The translations under genes and the position numbers were made by a program. This document shows positions 14,564-26,517 of a stretch of DNA of 64,000 nt, piece by piece. Source of the stretch: Actinomycetota bacterium. GTDB lineage: Bacteria; Actinomycetota; Actinomycetes; S36-B12; UBA5976. Under the pieces are notes generated by a model. That model was not told the DNA's origin. It did not search any database and worked only from the letters and a program-made list of their open reading frames with translations. Positions within the stretch are counted from its first letter, which is position 1. Every line of letters begins with the position of its first letter. The stretch covers positions 36,310-100,309 of the forward strand of contig WLPX01000003.1 of the NCBI GenBank assembly GCA_009698575.1, read 5' to 3'.

Positions 14564-14893
14564 GTGCCGGCATGGAGTTCATTTTCATATTTCTTTGGGC
14601 CATTTATGGCCTTTGCCGGAATCGGCTTAATGGTTATTATCTTGCGGTGGGCATTTGCCCGTGGCAGTTCAGTGGTAGAGCGAACTGCGAAATCAGGAAG
14701 TCCGGACGAATACGGCATGCTGGTCCCGGTTGCGACTCCCAATAACTACATCGAAGGTGAAGTTTTGCGTCGTTCTTTAGTCGATGCGGGTGTGCGAGCA
14801 AGTTTGGCACAAACTAACGATGGTCCCAGGATTATGGTTTGGCCTAAAGATTTAGATCTGGCAAAAAATATTCTTAAGCGAGCTCAGGGCTAG
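14564..14893 (+). CDS. Small membrane-anchored hypothetical protein
   Basis: 109 aa with one N-terminal hydrophobic helix ([18 protein letters not shown]). Its 3' end overlaps the murA 3' end by 20 nt. Confidence 0.5.
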   Translation: MPAWSSFSYFFGPFMAFAGIGLMVIILRWAFARGSSVVERTAKSGSPDEYGMLVPVATPNNYIEGEVLRRSLVDAGVRASLAQTNDGPRIMVWPKDLDLAKNILKRAQG

Positions 14894-16181
14894 CTTCGCG
14901 AACAATATTTGCCCCTAATGTTGCCAGCTGGGTTTCAAAATCTACGTATCCACGATCTATGTGCTCAATTGCGTGAACTACCGTCTCGCCATCAGAAACA
15001 AGACCGGCTAGTACTAGCCCAGCCCCTGCACGGATGTCAGTTGCCTCTACCGGTGCGCCCGATAACTGTGATCTACCTCGAATCAAAGCGTGATGGCCAT
15101 CGGTACGAACTTCGGCGCCGAGTCGACTTAGTTCTTGCACAAATCTAAATCTGGCTTCAAATAAATTTTCAGTAACCATTGCTGAACCTTCAGCAATTGA
15201 ATTCAGTGCGATGAATTGAGGTTGCAGGTCAGTAGGAAATCCTGGGTACGGCAAAGTAACAATATCAACTGCAGTTGGCCGGCGATCCATTTGGACTCTA
15301 AAGCCATCACCAGTGATCTCCACATTTGCACCAACAGTGGTGAGCTTCTCTAACACGATTGAAAGATGCTCTGGATTTGCATTATGCACCGTAACGTCAC
15401 CGCGGGTGATTACTGCAGCTACTGCCCAAGTACCAGCAACTATCCGATCTGAGACTGTGGTGTACTCAGTTGCGCGCAATGCGCTAACTCCAGAAATCGT
15501 TAGTAGCGATGTTCCAATGCCTGAAATTTGCCCACCCATCGAAACCAACATGTTGCAGATGTCTACAATTTCAGGTTCCCGAGCTGCGTTATCAATAATT
15601 GTTTGCCCACTTGCAGTTACTGCTGCCATAAGTAATGTCTCGGTAGCACCGACGCTAGGAAAATCTAAATACACATGCGTTCCAACTAAGCCACCGTCAG
15701 GCGCATGCACCACCAAGTACCCGTGTTCGTTGGTGACAGTTGCACCCATACGTTCAAGTCCGGCTGTGTGCATATCTAGTCCGCGCGATCCAATTGCATC
15801 GCCACCAGGAAGTGCTACATCAGCAGCACCAGTGCGAGCTACTAATGGCCCTAGTACTGCGATTGAAGCCCGCATGCGTCGCACTAAGTCATAATCTGCG
15901 CGATGCTCAATAGTTTCCGGCACGTCGATGGTTACGGTTTCACTGACGGCGCTGTAATTAACTGTGCAACCCAGGCGACGAAGCAGTTCTGCCATGATCG
16001 TGACGTCGAGGATGTTTGGCACCGCATGGATAGTTGTCACCCCAGGTGCAAGTAAAGCTGCTGCCATAAGTTTCAGGCTGCTATTTTTGGCACCGGTAAC
16101 GTGCACCTCGCCAACCAGGCGGGCGCCTCCTTGAATCCGGAAAACCTCCACGATTAAGCAGAATACTGTGCTTTTGGACAT
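14874..16181 (-). CDS. murA: UDP-N-acetylglucosamine 1-carboxyvinyltransferase
   Basis: [22 protein letters not shown]-terminus and full-length MurA-like sequence. The exact start is uncertain (ATG 16181 or GTG about 16151). Confidence 0.92.
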   Translation of the reverse strand: MSKSTVFCLIVEVFRIQGGARLVGEVHVTGAKNSSLKLMAAALLAPGVTTIHAVPNILDVTIMAELLRRLGCTVNYSAVSETVTIDVPETIEHRADYDLVRRMRASIAVLGPLVARTGAADVALPGGDAIGSRGLDMHTAGLERMGATVTNEHGYLVVHAPDGGLVGTHVYLDFPSVGATETLLMAAVTASGQTIIDNAAREPEIVDICNMLVSMGGQISGIGTSLLTISGVSALRATEYTTVSDRIVAGTWAVAAVITRGDVTVHNANPEHLSIVLEKLTTVGANVEITGDGFRVQMDRRPTAVDIVTLPYPGFPTDLQPQFIALNSIAEGSAMVTENLFEARFRFVQELSRLGAEVRTDGHHALIRGRSQLSGAPVEATDIRAGAGLVLAGLVSDGETVVHAIEHIDRGYVDFETQLATLGANIVREASPELA

Positions 16182-16256
16182 TTAAATTCGAAGCCTGAAA
16201 AAGTCGAGTAAACACCGTGAAAAGCAGTTATCGCTTCGCGGCCATAGGCTAGGGAC

Positions 16257-16829
16257 ATGGTTAATTTAACGCGAATCTATACCCGCACTGGCGATGATGG
16301 CACTACCAACCTTGGCGACATGAGTCGAACCGGTAAAAATGATCCGCGGCTAAAAGCCTATGCAGATGTAGACGAAGCCAATAGCGCGATTGGCCTTGCC
16401 ATTGCGGCTGGTGAACTTCGTGCGGACCTTTCGGAGCTGCTAACCAAAATTCAAAACGAACTTTTTGACGTTGGCGCAGATCTATGTACTCCTGTAATTG
16501 ATAACCCAGCTCACGAACCGCTTCGGGTAACTCAGGATTACATTGAAAGACTCGAAACAGCATGTGATACTTTCAACGAAGAACTCGAAGCTTTGCGTTC
16601 GTTTATTCTGCCTGGTGGCACCGTTGGCGCAGCTCACTTACATGTAGCTCGGACTGTAACCAGACGCGCCGAACGCAGCACTTGGGCAGCGATTGATATG
16701 TATCACGGCGGCATGAACATGCTTGCAGCAAACTATTTAAATCGCCTTTCAGACCTGCTGTTTATACTTTCGCGTGTTGCCAATAAAGAAATTGGCGATG
16801 TCCTATGGCAACCAGGTAATACTCGCTGA
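16257..16829 (+). CDS. PduO-type ATP:cob(I)alamin adenosyltransferase (ATR domain only)
   Basis: 190 aa: RIYTRTGDDGTT...EANSAIG...FILPGG...RAER. It has no DUF336 C-terminal domain. Confidence 0.9.
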   Translation: MVNLTRIYTRTGDDGTTNLGDMSRTGKNDPRLKAYADVDEANSAIGLAIAAGELRADLSELLTKIQNELFDVGADLCTPVIDNPAHEPLRVTQDYIERLETACDTFNEELEALRSFILPGGTVGAAHLHVARTVTRRAERSTWAAIDMYHGGMNMLAANYLNRLSDLLFILSRVANKEIGDVLWQPGNTR

Positions 16830-16842
16830 TCGATCGCAAAAG

Positions 16843-17790
16843 TTAGCCGACAGTGCTGGCAAGTGCTGCTAAGGCTGACATCAGCCTGGTGTGGAACTCA
16901 TCGCCATCAATACTCCAGGCAACATAGCCATTTGGCTTAACGTCATTGCGCAATCGCGTGTCAGTTACTGTCATACCGGTAGTTAGATCTCCCTGACATT
17001 CGACGTCAATGAAGGCTGGTTCCAGTTCCATCATGTTTGGCCAGATCGCTTCTGCCATAGCTAACGCATCATGTTGATGTGTCATGCGCTCGCCATAAAA
17101 CATTGAATAAAAATCCGTATAAGAGGTCAAGATATGATCGAAAACATTTCCGAACTTACTGCCGTCTTTTAACCAACCCCACAGGTGTTCATGCGTTTTA
17201 ACGGAATGTGTAACATCAAGCCCAACCATCACAGTATTAATGCCACTTGCAAACACTCGCTTTGCCGCTTCTGGGTCATGCCAAATATTGAATTCGGCCA
17301 CTGGGGTTACGTTGCCAGTTCGTGCTGCGCCACCCATAATCACAAATCGTTCGATCATTGGAATTACATCTGGGTGCTTATCGACTAAGTGCGCAATGTT
17401 AGTTAATGGGCCGATTGCAATTAATGTAACTGGGTACGGTGAATTTCGAATTTTGTCTGCTAAAAACGCTGGCGCATCAGTTGAAACCGCTTTGGTAGTG
17501 GGTTCTGGTAAGTCAACACCGGCAAGACCATCGTTCCCATGAACTGGTTCATATCCTGTTTCCATCTTGGCTCGGCCGTATGGCTCGTCATAGCCCGAAG
17601 CAACTGGAATATCAGATCGGCCAAAGAACTCTAGTAAGCGCAATGCATTACGTGTTGTCGCTGCCAGACCCGAATTGCCACCAACAGTTGTGATACCAAT
17701 TACGTTTACTTCAGGTGATGCCAGGGCCAATGCAATCGCGACAGCATCATCAATGCCGGGATCAGTATCAATTAGTAACGCGCGAGTCAT
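16843..17790 (-). CDS. Nucleoside hydrolase (IUNH family)
   Basis: 315 aa with N-terminal DTDPGIDDAVAI aspartate cluster. Confidence 0.88.
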   Translation of the reverse strand: MTRALLIDTDPGIDDAVAIALALASPEVNVIGITTVGGNSGLAATTRNALRLLEFFGRSDIPVASGYDEPYGRAKMETGYEPVHGNDGLAGVDLPEPTTKAVSTDAPAFLADKIRNSPYPVTLIAIGPLTNIAHLVDKHPDVIPMIERFVIMGGAARTGNVTPVAEFNIWHDPEAAKRVFASGINTVMVGLDVTHSVKTHEHLWGWLKDGSKFGNVFDHILTSYTDFYSMFYGERMTHQHDALAMAEAIWPNMMELEPAFIDVECQGDLTTGMTVTDTRLRNDVKPNGYVAWSIDGDEFHTRLMSALAALASTVG

Positions 17791-17800
17791 TATTTTCCTT

Positions 17801-18649
17801 TTAGTTAGTATTGGAATTTAGAAAAGAATCTACTTCAGTTGCTGTGGGCATTCCAGATTGAGCGCCAAGTTTTAGAGTGGAAAGCGCCGATGCGGCGCAC
17901 GCGCGATCAAGTGCTTGCGAAACCGAAGCACCCGATGCGTAGGCAACAATAAATGCACCAACAAATGTGTCGCCAGCGCCGACGGTATCTAGCGCAGCAA
18001 CTACTGGTGGCACAGATTTGGCAACCACTTGCCCATCTTGATAAGCCACAACTTCGTTAGCACCTGCAGTTACGATAACCAATCCAGATTGTGGTTTACC
18101 TAATTCAGCAAACTCATGTTCGTTGACTATGAGCACATCAACTAACTCAGCTAGTTCATCTGAAATAGTTCGCACCGGAGCCGCATTTAGACAAAAAATT
18201 CCAGTAGCGGCTTTCCCGGCTGCAATGATTACTGATTCGGGAATTTCGAATTGCACTATGACGGCATCTGCCGAGGAAATTTGTGTTGAATCAAATGAGG
18301 CATGTTGGTTAGCGCCATCTGCAACAACTATTTGGTTTTCGCCTGAATGTTCAACCATCACTAACGCAGTGCTGGTTGGCGAAGAAACTTTTGCTACAGC
18401 TTCGACCGATACTCCGCTTTGCGATAATGCCGCAAGACACATTTGGCCGGGCTCATCATCGCCAACTGCGCCAAACATAGATACATTGCCGCCCATGCGC
18501 GCTGCAGCAACGGCTTGGTTTGCGCCTTTGCCACCGGGAAACCATTTCGGTTCTGAGCTACTAACAGTTTCGCCACGGCCAGGGAGCTTTGGCATTTGAA
18601 CTACTAAGTCAGCGTTAATACTGCCAACTACTGCAATGCGCGGTGCCAT
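17801..18649 (-). CDS. rbsK: Ribokinase (PfkB family)
   Basis: 282 aa with GGKGANQAVAAARMG and DTVGAGDTFVGAF motifs. Confidence 0.88.
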   Translation of the reverse strand: MAPRIAVVGSINADLVVQMPKLPGRGETVSSSEPKWFPGGKGANQAVAAARMGGNVSMFGAVGDDEPGQMCLAALSQSGVSVEAVAKVSSPTSTALVMVEHSGENQIVVADGANQHASFDSTQISSADAVIVQFEIPESVIIAAGKAATGIFCLNAAPVRTISDELAELVDVLIVNEHEFAELGKPQSGLVIVTAGANEVVAYQDGQVVAKSVPPVVAALDTVGAGDTFVGAFIVAYASGASVSQALDRACAASALSTLKLGAQSGMPTATEVDSFLNSNTN

Positions 18650-18680
18650 GCCTAGAGCCTAGACGATCTAGCATTTATAA

Positions 18681-18719
18681 AAATCAAGGCCAGGATCCAC
18701 TGGACCCTGGCCTTGATTT
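18681..18719 (-). terminator. Intrinsic terminator after atpC
   Basis: Perfect 14-bp inverted repeat AAATCAAGGCCAGG (18681-18694) / CCTGGCCTTGATTT (18706-18719). It is followed by a U-run on the minus-sense transcript. Confidence 0.75.
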
Positions 18720-18726
18720 GAAATTT

Positions 18727-19134
18727 CTAGCTATGCATTCCAGTTGCTGTTACTGCAGCTGCTGCCTTTAAGCGAGTTTCTGCGCGATGAACTGCAGCTA
18801 GGGCTTCTGGAGAATCTTCGCCAGCAACTCGAGCTTTGTCTAATGCCTTTTGCGCCCGCTCAATATCAATATCACTTGATAGTTCAGCAGTCTCGGCCAA
18901 GATCCGAACGTTGTCAGAATCCATAGCAACGAATCCCCCATGAACTGCAATCGCAACTTTGGCGCCTTCGGTAGGTTCAATGCGAACTACCCCATTAACC
19001 AAAAGTGAAAGCACTGGTTCGTGACCTGGCAGGATGCCGATCTCGCCTTCTGGAGTTTTGGCAACGATCGACTTAGCTGGGCCAACCCACACACTGCGGT
19101 CGACGGCTACGACGGAAACGTTGAGTTCAGCCAC
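18727..19134 (-). CDS. atpC: F1 ATP synthase epsilon subunit
   Basis: 135 aa, last gene of the atp operon, epsilon-like sequence. Confidence 0.92.
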   Translation of the reverse strand: MAELNVSVVAVDRSVWVGPAKSIVAKTPEGEIGILPGHEPVLSLLVNGVVRIEPTEGAKVAIAVHGGFVAMDSDNVRILAETAELSSDIDIERAQKALDKARVAGEDSPEALAAVHRAETRLKAAAAVTATGMHS

Positions 19135-19136
19135 GA

Positions 19137-20570
<1,434 letters not shown>

Positions 20571-20581
20571 TTACTCCCTGG

Positions 20582-21490
20582 TTATGCGGACGCCAGTGCG
20601 TCGGCTCCGCCGACGATTTCACTGATTTCCTGGGTGATTTCTGCCTGACGGGCCTGGTTGGCCTGACGAGCAAGTGTGCGGATTAGTTCTTCAGCGTTAT
20701 CAGATGCAGACTTCATGGCACGACGACGAGCGGCGTGTTCACTGGCTGCAGCTAACAACAGTGCGGTGTAAATCATGTTCTCGACGTATCGAGGTAACAA
20801 AGCTTCGAGTACAGCTTCTGGGCTTGGCTCAAAGTCATAAAGTGGGAAAACTTTGGTATCTAGTTTTTCGGAAGCCTCGGCTTTGGAAACTTCAAGAATT
20901 TCCACTGGAAGGATTCGGCGAACTCGAACTTGTTGAACAGCCATGTTAACGAAGTGGGTGTAAACCAAATGAATTTCGTCTACGCCACCTTCGGCAGTTG
21001 GAGTGTTGAAGGCTTCAAACACGGCAGAAGCAATGCGCTTTGCATCTTCGTAAGTTGGTTGGTCAGTAAAACCAGTCCAGGAGTTTGCAATCTTGCGCTC
21101 GCGGAACTTGTAGTAACCAACTGACTTACGCCCTACTAGGTAGTGCTCTGGCGTAACGCCTTCTTCGCTAAGAAGTGCATTCAGCCCTTCGCCTTCTTTG
21201 ATGACGGCTGAGGAATACGCACCAGCAAGACCACGATCAGAAGTAATCAGAATTACTGCGGCACGCTTACGATTTTCAACTTCAGAAACCAAGGCACCCT
21301 TGCTATTACCGTGCGAAACTGCAGCAGAGATTGCTCGAAGCAGTTCTTGAGTGTAAGGCAAAGAAGCTTCAACGCGCTGTTGCGCCTTGACGAAACGCGA
21401 TGAAGCAATGAGCTCCATAGCCTTCGTAATCTTCTTGGTCGACTGGACGGATTTAATCCGTCGTCGGTAGACCCGCAGTTGAGCTCCCAT
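20582..21490 (-). CDS. atpG: F1 ATP synthase gamma subunit
   Basis: 302 aa. Operon position and gamma-like termini. Confidence 0.93.
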   Translation of the reverse strand: MGAQLRVYRRRIKSVQSTKKITKAMELIASSRFVKAQQRVEASLPYTQELLRAISAAVSHGNSKGALVSEVENRKRAAVILITSDRGLAGAYSSAVIKEGEGLNALLSEEGVTPEHYLVGRKSVGYYKFRERKIANSWTGFTDQPTYEDAKRIASAVFEAFNTPTAEGGVDEIHLVYTHFVNMAVQQVRVRRILPVEILEVSKAEASEKLDTKVFPLYDFEPSPEAVLEALLPRYVENMIYTALLLAAASEHAARRRAMKSASDNAEELIRTLARQANQARQAEITQEISEIVGGADALASA

Positions 21491-21492
21491 TT

Positions 21493-23124
21493 TTAGGCCT
21501 TGACCTTCACGATCTGAGTGACATCAATGTCAGCTTCATCGATTGCTGTAACTGGTGCATCGTTTACCAAAGAATGGCCTGCAGTGGTACGGAACTGCTT
21601 CTTGAATTCGCCAATTGCCTTTTCCAATGCACTGACGTTGTCATCGGAAAGATCAGTTGTGGTGCGAATGGATTCGAAGATTGCGTTGTGGTTGCGTTCA
21701 ATTTGATCAAGGAATTCAGAATCAAATCGACGGATATCTTCCACTGGTACGTCATCTAAGTTGCCAGAAGTTCCAGACCAAACGGACACGGCTTCGCGTT
21801 CCATGGACTGAGGTTGGTACTGACCCTGCTTTAGCAATTCAACTAAACGTGAACCACGTCCAAGCTGAGCCTTTGATGCAGCATCTAGATCAGAACCGAA
21901 GGCAGCGAAAGCTTCAAGTTCGCGGTACTGAGCTAAGTCAAGACGTAGTCGACCAGCAACCTTCTTCATTGACTTAGGCTGCGCAGAACCACCCACGCGG
22001 GATACCGAAATACCTACGTTGATAGCCGGACGAATACCTGAGTTGAAGAGATCCGATTCCAAGAAGCACTGGCCATCCGTAATGGAAATAACGTTGGTCG
22101 GAATGTATGCCGAAACGTCATTGGCTTTGGTTTCAATGATCGGTAGTCCAGTCATTGAGCCAGCGCCCAATTCGTCAGAAAGTTTTGCGCAACGCTCTAG
22201 CAAACGAGAGTGTAAGTAGAACACGTCACCTGGGTAAGCTTCGCGACCTGGCGGACGACGAAGTAACAAGGAAACCGCGCGGTAAGCCTCAGCTTGCTTG
22301 GAAAGATCATCAAAGACGATCAAAACATGTTCGCCCTTGTACATCCAGTGCTGGCCAATTGCAGAACCGGTGTAAGGAGCTAGGTACTTGAAGCCCGCTG
22401 GATCAGATGCCGGGGCTGCAACGATTGTGGTGTATTCCATCGCGCCAAACTCTTCGAGTGCGCCCTTAACAGCAGCAATCGTTGAACCCTTTTGACCGAT
22501 GGCAACGTATATGCACTTAACCTGCTTCTTCTTGTCACCGGACTTCCAGTTCTCGCGCTGATTTAAAATTGTGTCGATTGCAACAGCCGTCTTACCTGTT
22601 TGGCGGTCACCAATGATTAGCTGACGTTGGCCACGACCAATAGCCGTCATAGCGTCGATGGCTTTAAGGCCAGTTAACATCGGTTCTTTAACCGGTTGGC
22701 GCTGCACAACTGTTGGTGCCTGAGTTTCAAGGGCACGACGACCTTCAGCAACTATTGGACCAAGACCATCAATTGGGTTACCAAGTGGATCTACAACACG
22801 ACCTAGGAAGCCATCGCCTACTGGAACCGAAAGGATCTCACCAGTGCGCTTTACGCTCTGCCCTTCGGCGATCTTGGAACCATCTCCGAGAAGAACTGCA
22901 CCGATCTCGCGAACATCAAGGTTCAGAGCTAAGCCCTTAAGGCCACCTTCGAACTCAAGTAATTCGTTGGTCATGGCGGAGTGCAAACCCTCAACGCGTG
23001 CAATACCGTCACCGGTCTGAGTTACCTGTCCAACTTCTTCGCGCGAAGTGCCAGCTGCAAACGACTCAACATTGCGAGCGATTGCATCGCGGATCTCATC
23101 CGGGCGGATCGAGAGTTCCGTCAT
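21493..23124 (-). CDS. atpA: F1 ATP synthase alpha subunit
   Basis: 543 aa with Walker A GDRQTGKT. Confidence 0.97.
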   Translation of the reverse strand: MTELSIRPDEIRDAIARNVESFAAGTSREEVGQVTQTGDGIARVEGLHSAMTNELLEFEGGLKGLALNLDVREIGAVLLGDGSKIAEGQSVKRTGEILSVPVGDGFLGRVVDPLGNPIDGLGPIVAEGRRALETQAPTVVQRQPVKEPMLTGLKAIDAMTAIGRGQRQLIIGDRQTGKTAVAIDTILNQRENWKSGDKKKQVKCIYVAIGQKGSTIAAVKGALEEFGAMEYTTIVAAPASDPAGFKYLAPYTGSAIGQHWMYKGEHVLIVFDDLSKQAEAYRAVSLLLRRPPGREAYPGDVFYLHSRLLERCAKLSDELGAGSMTGLPIIETKANDVSAYIPTNVISITDGQCFLESDLFNSGIRPAINVGISVSRVGGSAQPKSMKKVAGRLRLDLAQYRELEAFAAFGSDLDAASKAQLGRGSRLVELLKQGQYQPQSMEREAVSVWSGTSGNLDDVPVEDIRRFDSEFLDQIERNHNAIFESIRTTTDLSDDNVSALEKAIGEFKKQFRTTAGHSLVNDAPVTAIDEADIDVTQIVKVKA

Positions 23125-23184
23125 GGTGTCCTGCTTTCTTCTTGTTAGTTCTTGCCTATTAGTGCTTGGTCAAATTACGGGTTG

Positions 23185-23994
23185 TTATGCCAGCAGTGCT
23201 CTGCGGGCGCTTTCTAGTCGAGCAGCAACAGAGCCATCAATTACGTCTTCTCCGATGGTTACTGAAATTCCGCCGACTATTGCTGGATCAATAGCTACGT
23301 TGATCCGAACATTCTTGCCAGTGATCTTCGATAGTGCAGCCGATAAACGACGAGTTTGATCTGCATCTAGTGCAACAACGGACCGAACCTCAGCTACAAC
23401 TTGGTTGCGTTGAGCCGCAGCCAAGGTACCAAGAGTTTCCAAAACCGCATCAACTCGGCGACCGCGTAAATTACCCGCGACATGCTTTATCAAGCCAAGA
23501 GTGATCGCATCTACTTTGCTACCAAGTAAGTCGCCAACAATTTCGGCCTTAGTTTGGGAACTCAAAGATGGATCCGTAAGGGTCATTTGCAATTCTGGTG
23601 AGGCTTGAACCGCGCGACCAAAATGGAAAATTTCGTTTTCCACTCGGTCAAGAGATCCAGCCTTATCAGCAGCAACGAACGCGGCCTGTGAACCAAGAAG
23701 TTCAACAGCGTCCACTAGATCGTTATCTGATGACCAGCGCGCAGCCACAAGTTCCGCTAAAACGTCTTGCGTTCCGGAACTTACCTTGGTGCCATAGACA
23801 TCTTTAATTAACGAGGTCCGAGCATCGATTGGCTGGCCACTGTCTGCCAGATATTGTCGAAGTGATTTTTCGCTAGCCAATATATCGGCAGCCGCAAGTA
23901 ACTCAGCAGACAGAGCGGACAGATCGCTCTGACTCGAACGGGAGCGCATTGACTCCTGTACTAATGCCAAACTATTGCGGGATGCGCCGATCAT
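23185..23994 (-). CDS. atpH: ATP synthase delta subunit (long actinobacterial form)
   Basis: 269 aa. Operon position and OSCP-like C-terminal half. Confidence 0.85.
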   Translation of the reverse strand: MIGASRNSLALVQESMRSRSSQSDLSALSAELLAAADILASEKSLRQYLADSGQPIDARTSLIKDVYGTKVSSGTQDVLAELVAARWSSDNDLVDAVELLGSQAAFVAADKAGSLDRVENEIFHFGRAVQASPELQMTLTDPSLSSQTKAEIVGDLLGSKVDAITLGLIKHVAGNLRGRRVDAVLETLGTLAAAQRNQVVAEVRSVVALDADQTRRLSAALSKITGKNVRINVAIDPAIVGGISVTIGEDVIDGSVAARLESARRALLA

Positions 23995-24527
23995 TTCTTG
24001 GCTGCCTCACTTTCGAGGTCTGCAATGAAACGATCCACTGAAGCACGAGCGCGAGCATCATCAGTTAGGGATTCCCCAACGACTTTGCCAGCAAGTGCTA
24101 GCGCAAGTTCACTGACATCTCGACGAAGTGTTGTCATCGCCTGAGCTTGTTCAGCTTCAATCTGGGCTTGAGCGCGCTCCGTAACGATGGCAGCTGCAGA
24201 AGCAGCTTCGCCGCGGGCGTTTTCAATCATGACTGTTTTTTCTGCTTGTGCCTCGGCACGGATATTGGCTGCTTCGGTGCGAGCGTCAGCTAGTTGAGCG
24301 CGGTACTGCTCAAGCATGGCCGCAGCCTCTGCTTGTGAGTTTTCCGCACGCGCTAGCCCACCCTCAATTGCATCGGCACGCTCTTCGAGCGTTTTACTAA
24401 TTGCAGGAAATGCAAATTTAGCCAGCGCAAAGAATACGATTCCAAATGCAAGAGCTCCGATAATCAGTTCATCAAGCGGCAAGCGCAGGATGTTGACTTC
24501 GGATTCAGCAGCGATGATGTTAAACAC
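23991..24527 (-). CDS. atpF: Fo ATP synthase b subunit
   Basis: 178 aa with one N-terminal TM helix followed by a long Ala/Glu-rich helix. Confidence 0.88.
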   Translation of the reverse strand: MFNIIAAESEVNILRLPLDELIIGALAFGIVFFALAKFAFPAISKTLEERADAIEGGLARAENSQAEAAAMLEQYRAQLADARTEAANIRAEAQAEKTVMIENARGEAASAAAIVTERAQAQIEAEQAQAMTTLRRDVSELALALAGKVVGESLTDDARARASVDRFIADLESEAAKK

Positions 24528-24550
24528 GGTAGGTTAATCCTCGATTTGAA

Positions 24551-24820
<270 letters not shown>

Positions 24821-24873
24821 TCAGGTTTACTTTCTGTCTTGCAAGTCCTAATCGATTTCTCGACTAAGAAAAT

Positions 24874-25707
24874 TTAGTGTTCAGCGTGTAACGAACCACC
24901 GATGTAGACCGCGGTCAAAAGCGTGAAGATGAATGCCTGTAGACCTTGGATAAACATTTCGAAACCAGTTAAAACTACAGTTACGCCAAAAGATGTTGCC
25001 GAACCCAGTACCCCAATAATTGATGGCGATAACAAGTAGTAGGCACCAACGGTAAAGGTCGTAAGTAGTAAGTGACCAGCAAACATGTTTGCAAACAAAC
25101 GAATCGCCTGGGTAACGGGACGAGTTACAACTAGCTGAAGTAGTTCAAGTGGTGCAAGCAGCACGTACATTGCCTTGGGCACACCAGGTGGGAACATTGC
25201 GCCAGTGAAGAATTTAAGCGGGCCCTGGTTCTTCATTCCTAGATACATGTAGGTGATGTAAACCATGAGCGTTAAAGAGACCGGAAATGCCAAGCTCGAC
25301 ATAATCGGGAACTGCGCAAGTGGAATGACGCCCATCAAGTTTGAAATCCAAACAAAGAAAAATAGTGAGCCTAGAAATGGAACGAAGCGGTCGCCGTCTT
25401 TACCAATTACTTCGCGGGCAATTTGGTCGCGCACGAATAAGTAAGCCTGCTCGCCTAATGATTGCAATTTGCCCGGCACCATCTTGCGGGGACGGGATGC
25501 TGCTAAAAAGAATGTGGCAACAATAATTGCAACTAATGCAATCAAGATTGAAGCCTTGCCTATTACAAATTCCATGCCACCAATATTTAGTGTGGTGTAC
25601 GGCTCAAGGAAAAAAATCTCTGCATTTGGTGCTGGGAAGCCACAGCCGGAATTGAGGTGCGGTGTTACGGGACACGATGTGTCGCCACTGAACTTCACAA
25701 CACTCAT
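24874..25707 (-). CDS. atpB: Fo ATP synthase a subunit
   Basis: 277-aa polytopic protein with the conserved RLFANMFAGH motif. Confidence 0.93.
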   Translation of the reverse strand: MSVVKFSGDTSCPVTPHLNSGCGFPAPNAEIFFLEPYTTLNIGGMEFVIGKASILIALVAIIVATFFLAASRPRKMVPGKLQSLGEQAYLFVRDQIAREVIGKDGDRFVPFLGSLFFFVWISNLMGVIPLAQFPIMSSLAFPVSLTLMVYITYMYLGMKNQGPLKFFTGAMFPPGVPKAMYVLLAPLELLQLVVTRPVTQAIRLFANMFAGHLLLTTFTVGAYYLLSPSIIGVLGSATSFGVTVVLTGFEMFIQGLQAFIFTLLTAVYIGGSLHAEH

Positions 25708-25973
25708 AGCTGGTCGTTCCTCCGGTCACTCGTAGTGGTGTTTCGACCCATTGCCGAAACGCGTGCGTAGGTGAGGTAGAGCGCTAGAACAATTCCGAGA
25801 ATCAAACCAGCGGCCATGAATGCATTTTGGTGCCCGAACTTTCGTCCTAAGAACCAACCAATTCCGCCATACAGTAATAGCCCGGCGGTTAAGTTACTAA
25901 CAGAACGCCAGGCCATATCCGATGTTGCACGGTTGTCGTCGCTGTTGGGGAATTCAGCTCCGTCTGCCTTCAT
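25704..25973 (-). CDS. AtpZ/AtpI-family small membrane protein
   Basis: 89 aa with two TM helices, immediately upstream of atpB and overlapping it. Confidence 0.65.
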   Translation of the reverse strand: MKADGAEFPNSDDNRATSDMAWRSVSNLTAGLLLYGGIGWFLGRKFGHQNAFMAAGLILGIVLALYLTYARVSAMGRNTTTSDRRNDQL

Positions 25974-26045
25974 TGCATCGCCAGATTATCAGGTTATTTT
26001 GGGGGCCTGGAACCAGCCCCCGACTTTGTGCGCACTTTCACAAAG

Positions 26046-26489
26046 TCACAAATCTTTAGGCTCGAAGGTATCTACTGGACGAACATCAGGACCAGATCCA
26101 GGCTCAACATAAAGCACTTTTGCTGTTGCAAATGCCCAGGTTTCAGCCACTAACCAAACCACGGTGCAAGACACTATTGTGGCGGCAAAGACCTTGGTAT
26201 CGAAGGCTTCGGTGTCCTGGAATAGCAGCAATAACACAAATAGAATCGCGATCTTGATCAAATAAAGCAGTAGTGCCATCGAAGTGGCTAGGCCAGGATT
26301 AGTCCGAATTACTTTATCGAGGGCGAGCTGGCCAGCTGCAAAAAAAATCACAACTAAGAATGTGCCAAATACTCCTGCGATAAGTCCTTCAATCCCACTT
26401 GAAATAAAGCCCGTGATTGTGGCTAGTGCTCCAACAATGAAAGTGGGAAGCGCGGCCCGAAGAATCAGTTTCTGACTTGTCATATGCAT
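26046..26489 (-). CDS. Integral membrane protein upstream of atp operon (Rv1303-position homologue)
   Basis: 147 aa with four predicted TM helices. Synteny between wecA and atpB. Confidence 0.6.
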   Translation of the reverse strand: MHMTSQKLILRAALPTFIVGALATITGFISSGIEGLIAGVFGTFLVVIFFAAGQLALDKVIRTNPGLATSMALLLYLIKIAILFVLLLLFQDTEAFDTKVFAATIVSCTVVWLVAETWAFATAKVLYVEPGSGPDVRPVDTFEPKDL

Positions 26490-26517
26490 CAGTCTCTCAG
26501 TTAAGTAACGATTAAGG

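Noticed and set aside
15313-15894. 193-aa plus-strand ORF
   Set aside because: It is a shadow ORF antisense to murA, with low-complexity Ser/Thr/Ala/Pro content.
18123-18599. 158-aa plus-strand ORF
   Set aside because: It is antisense to the ribokinase gene, which has both PfkB signature motifs. Shadow frame.
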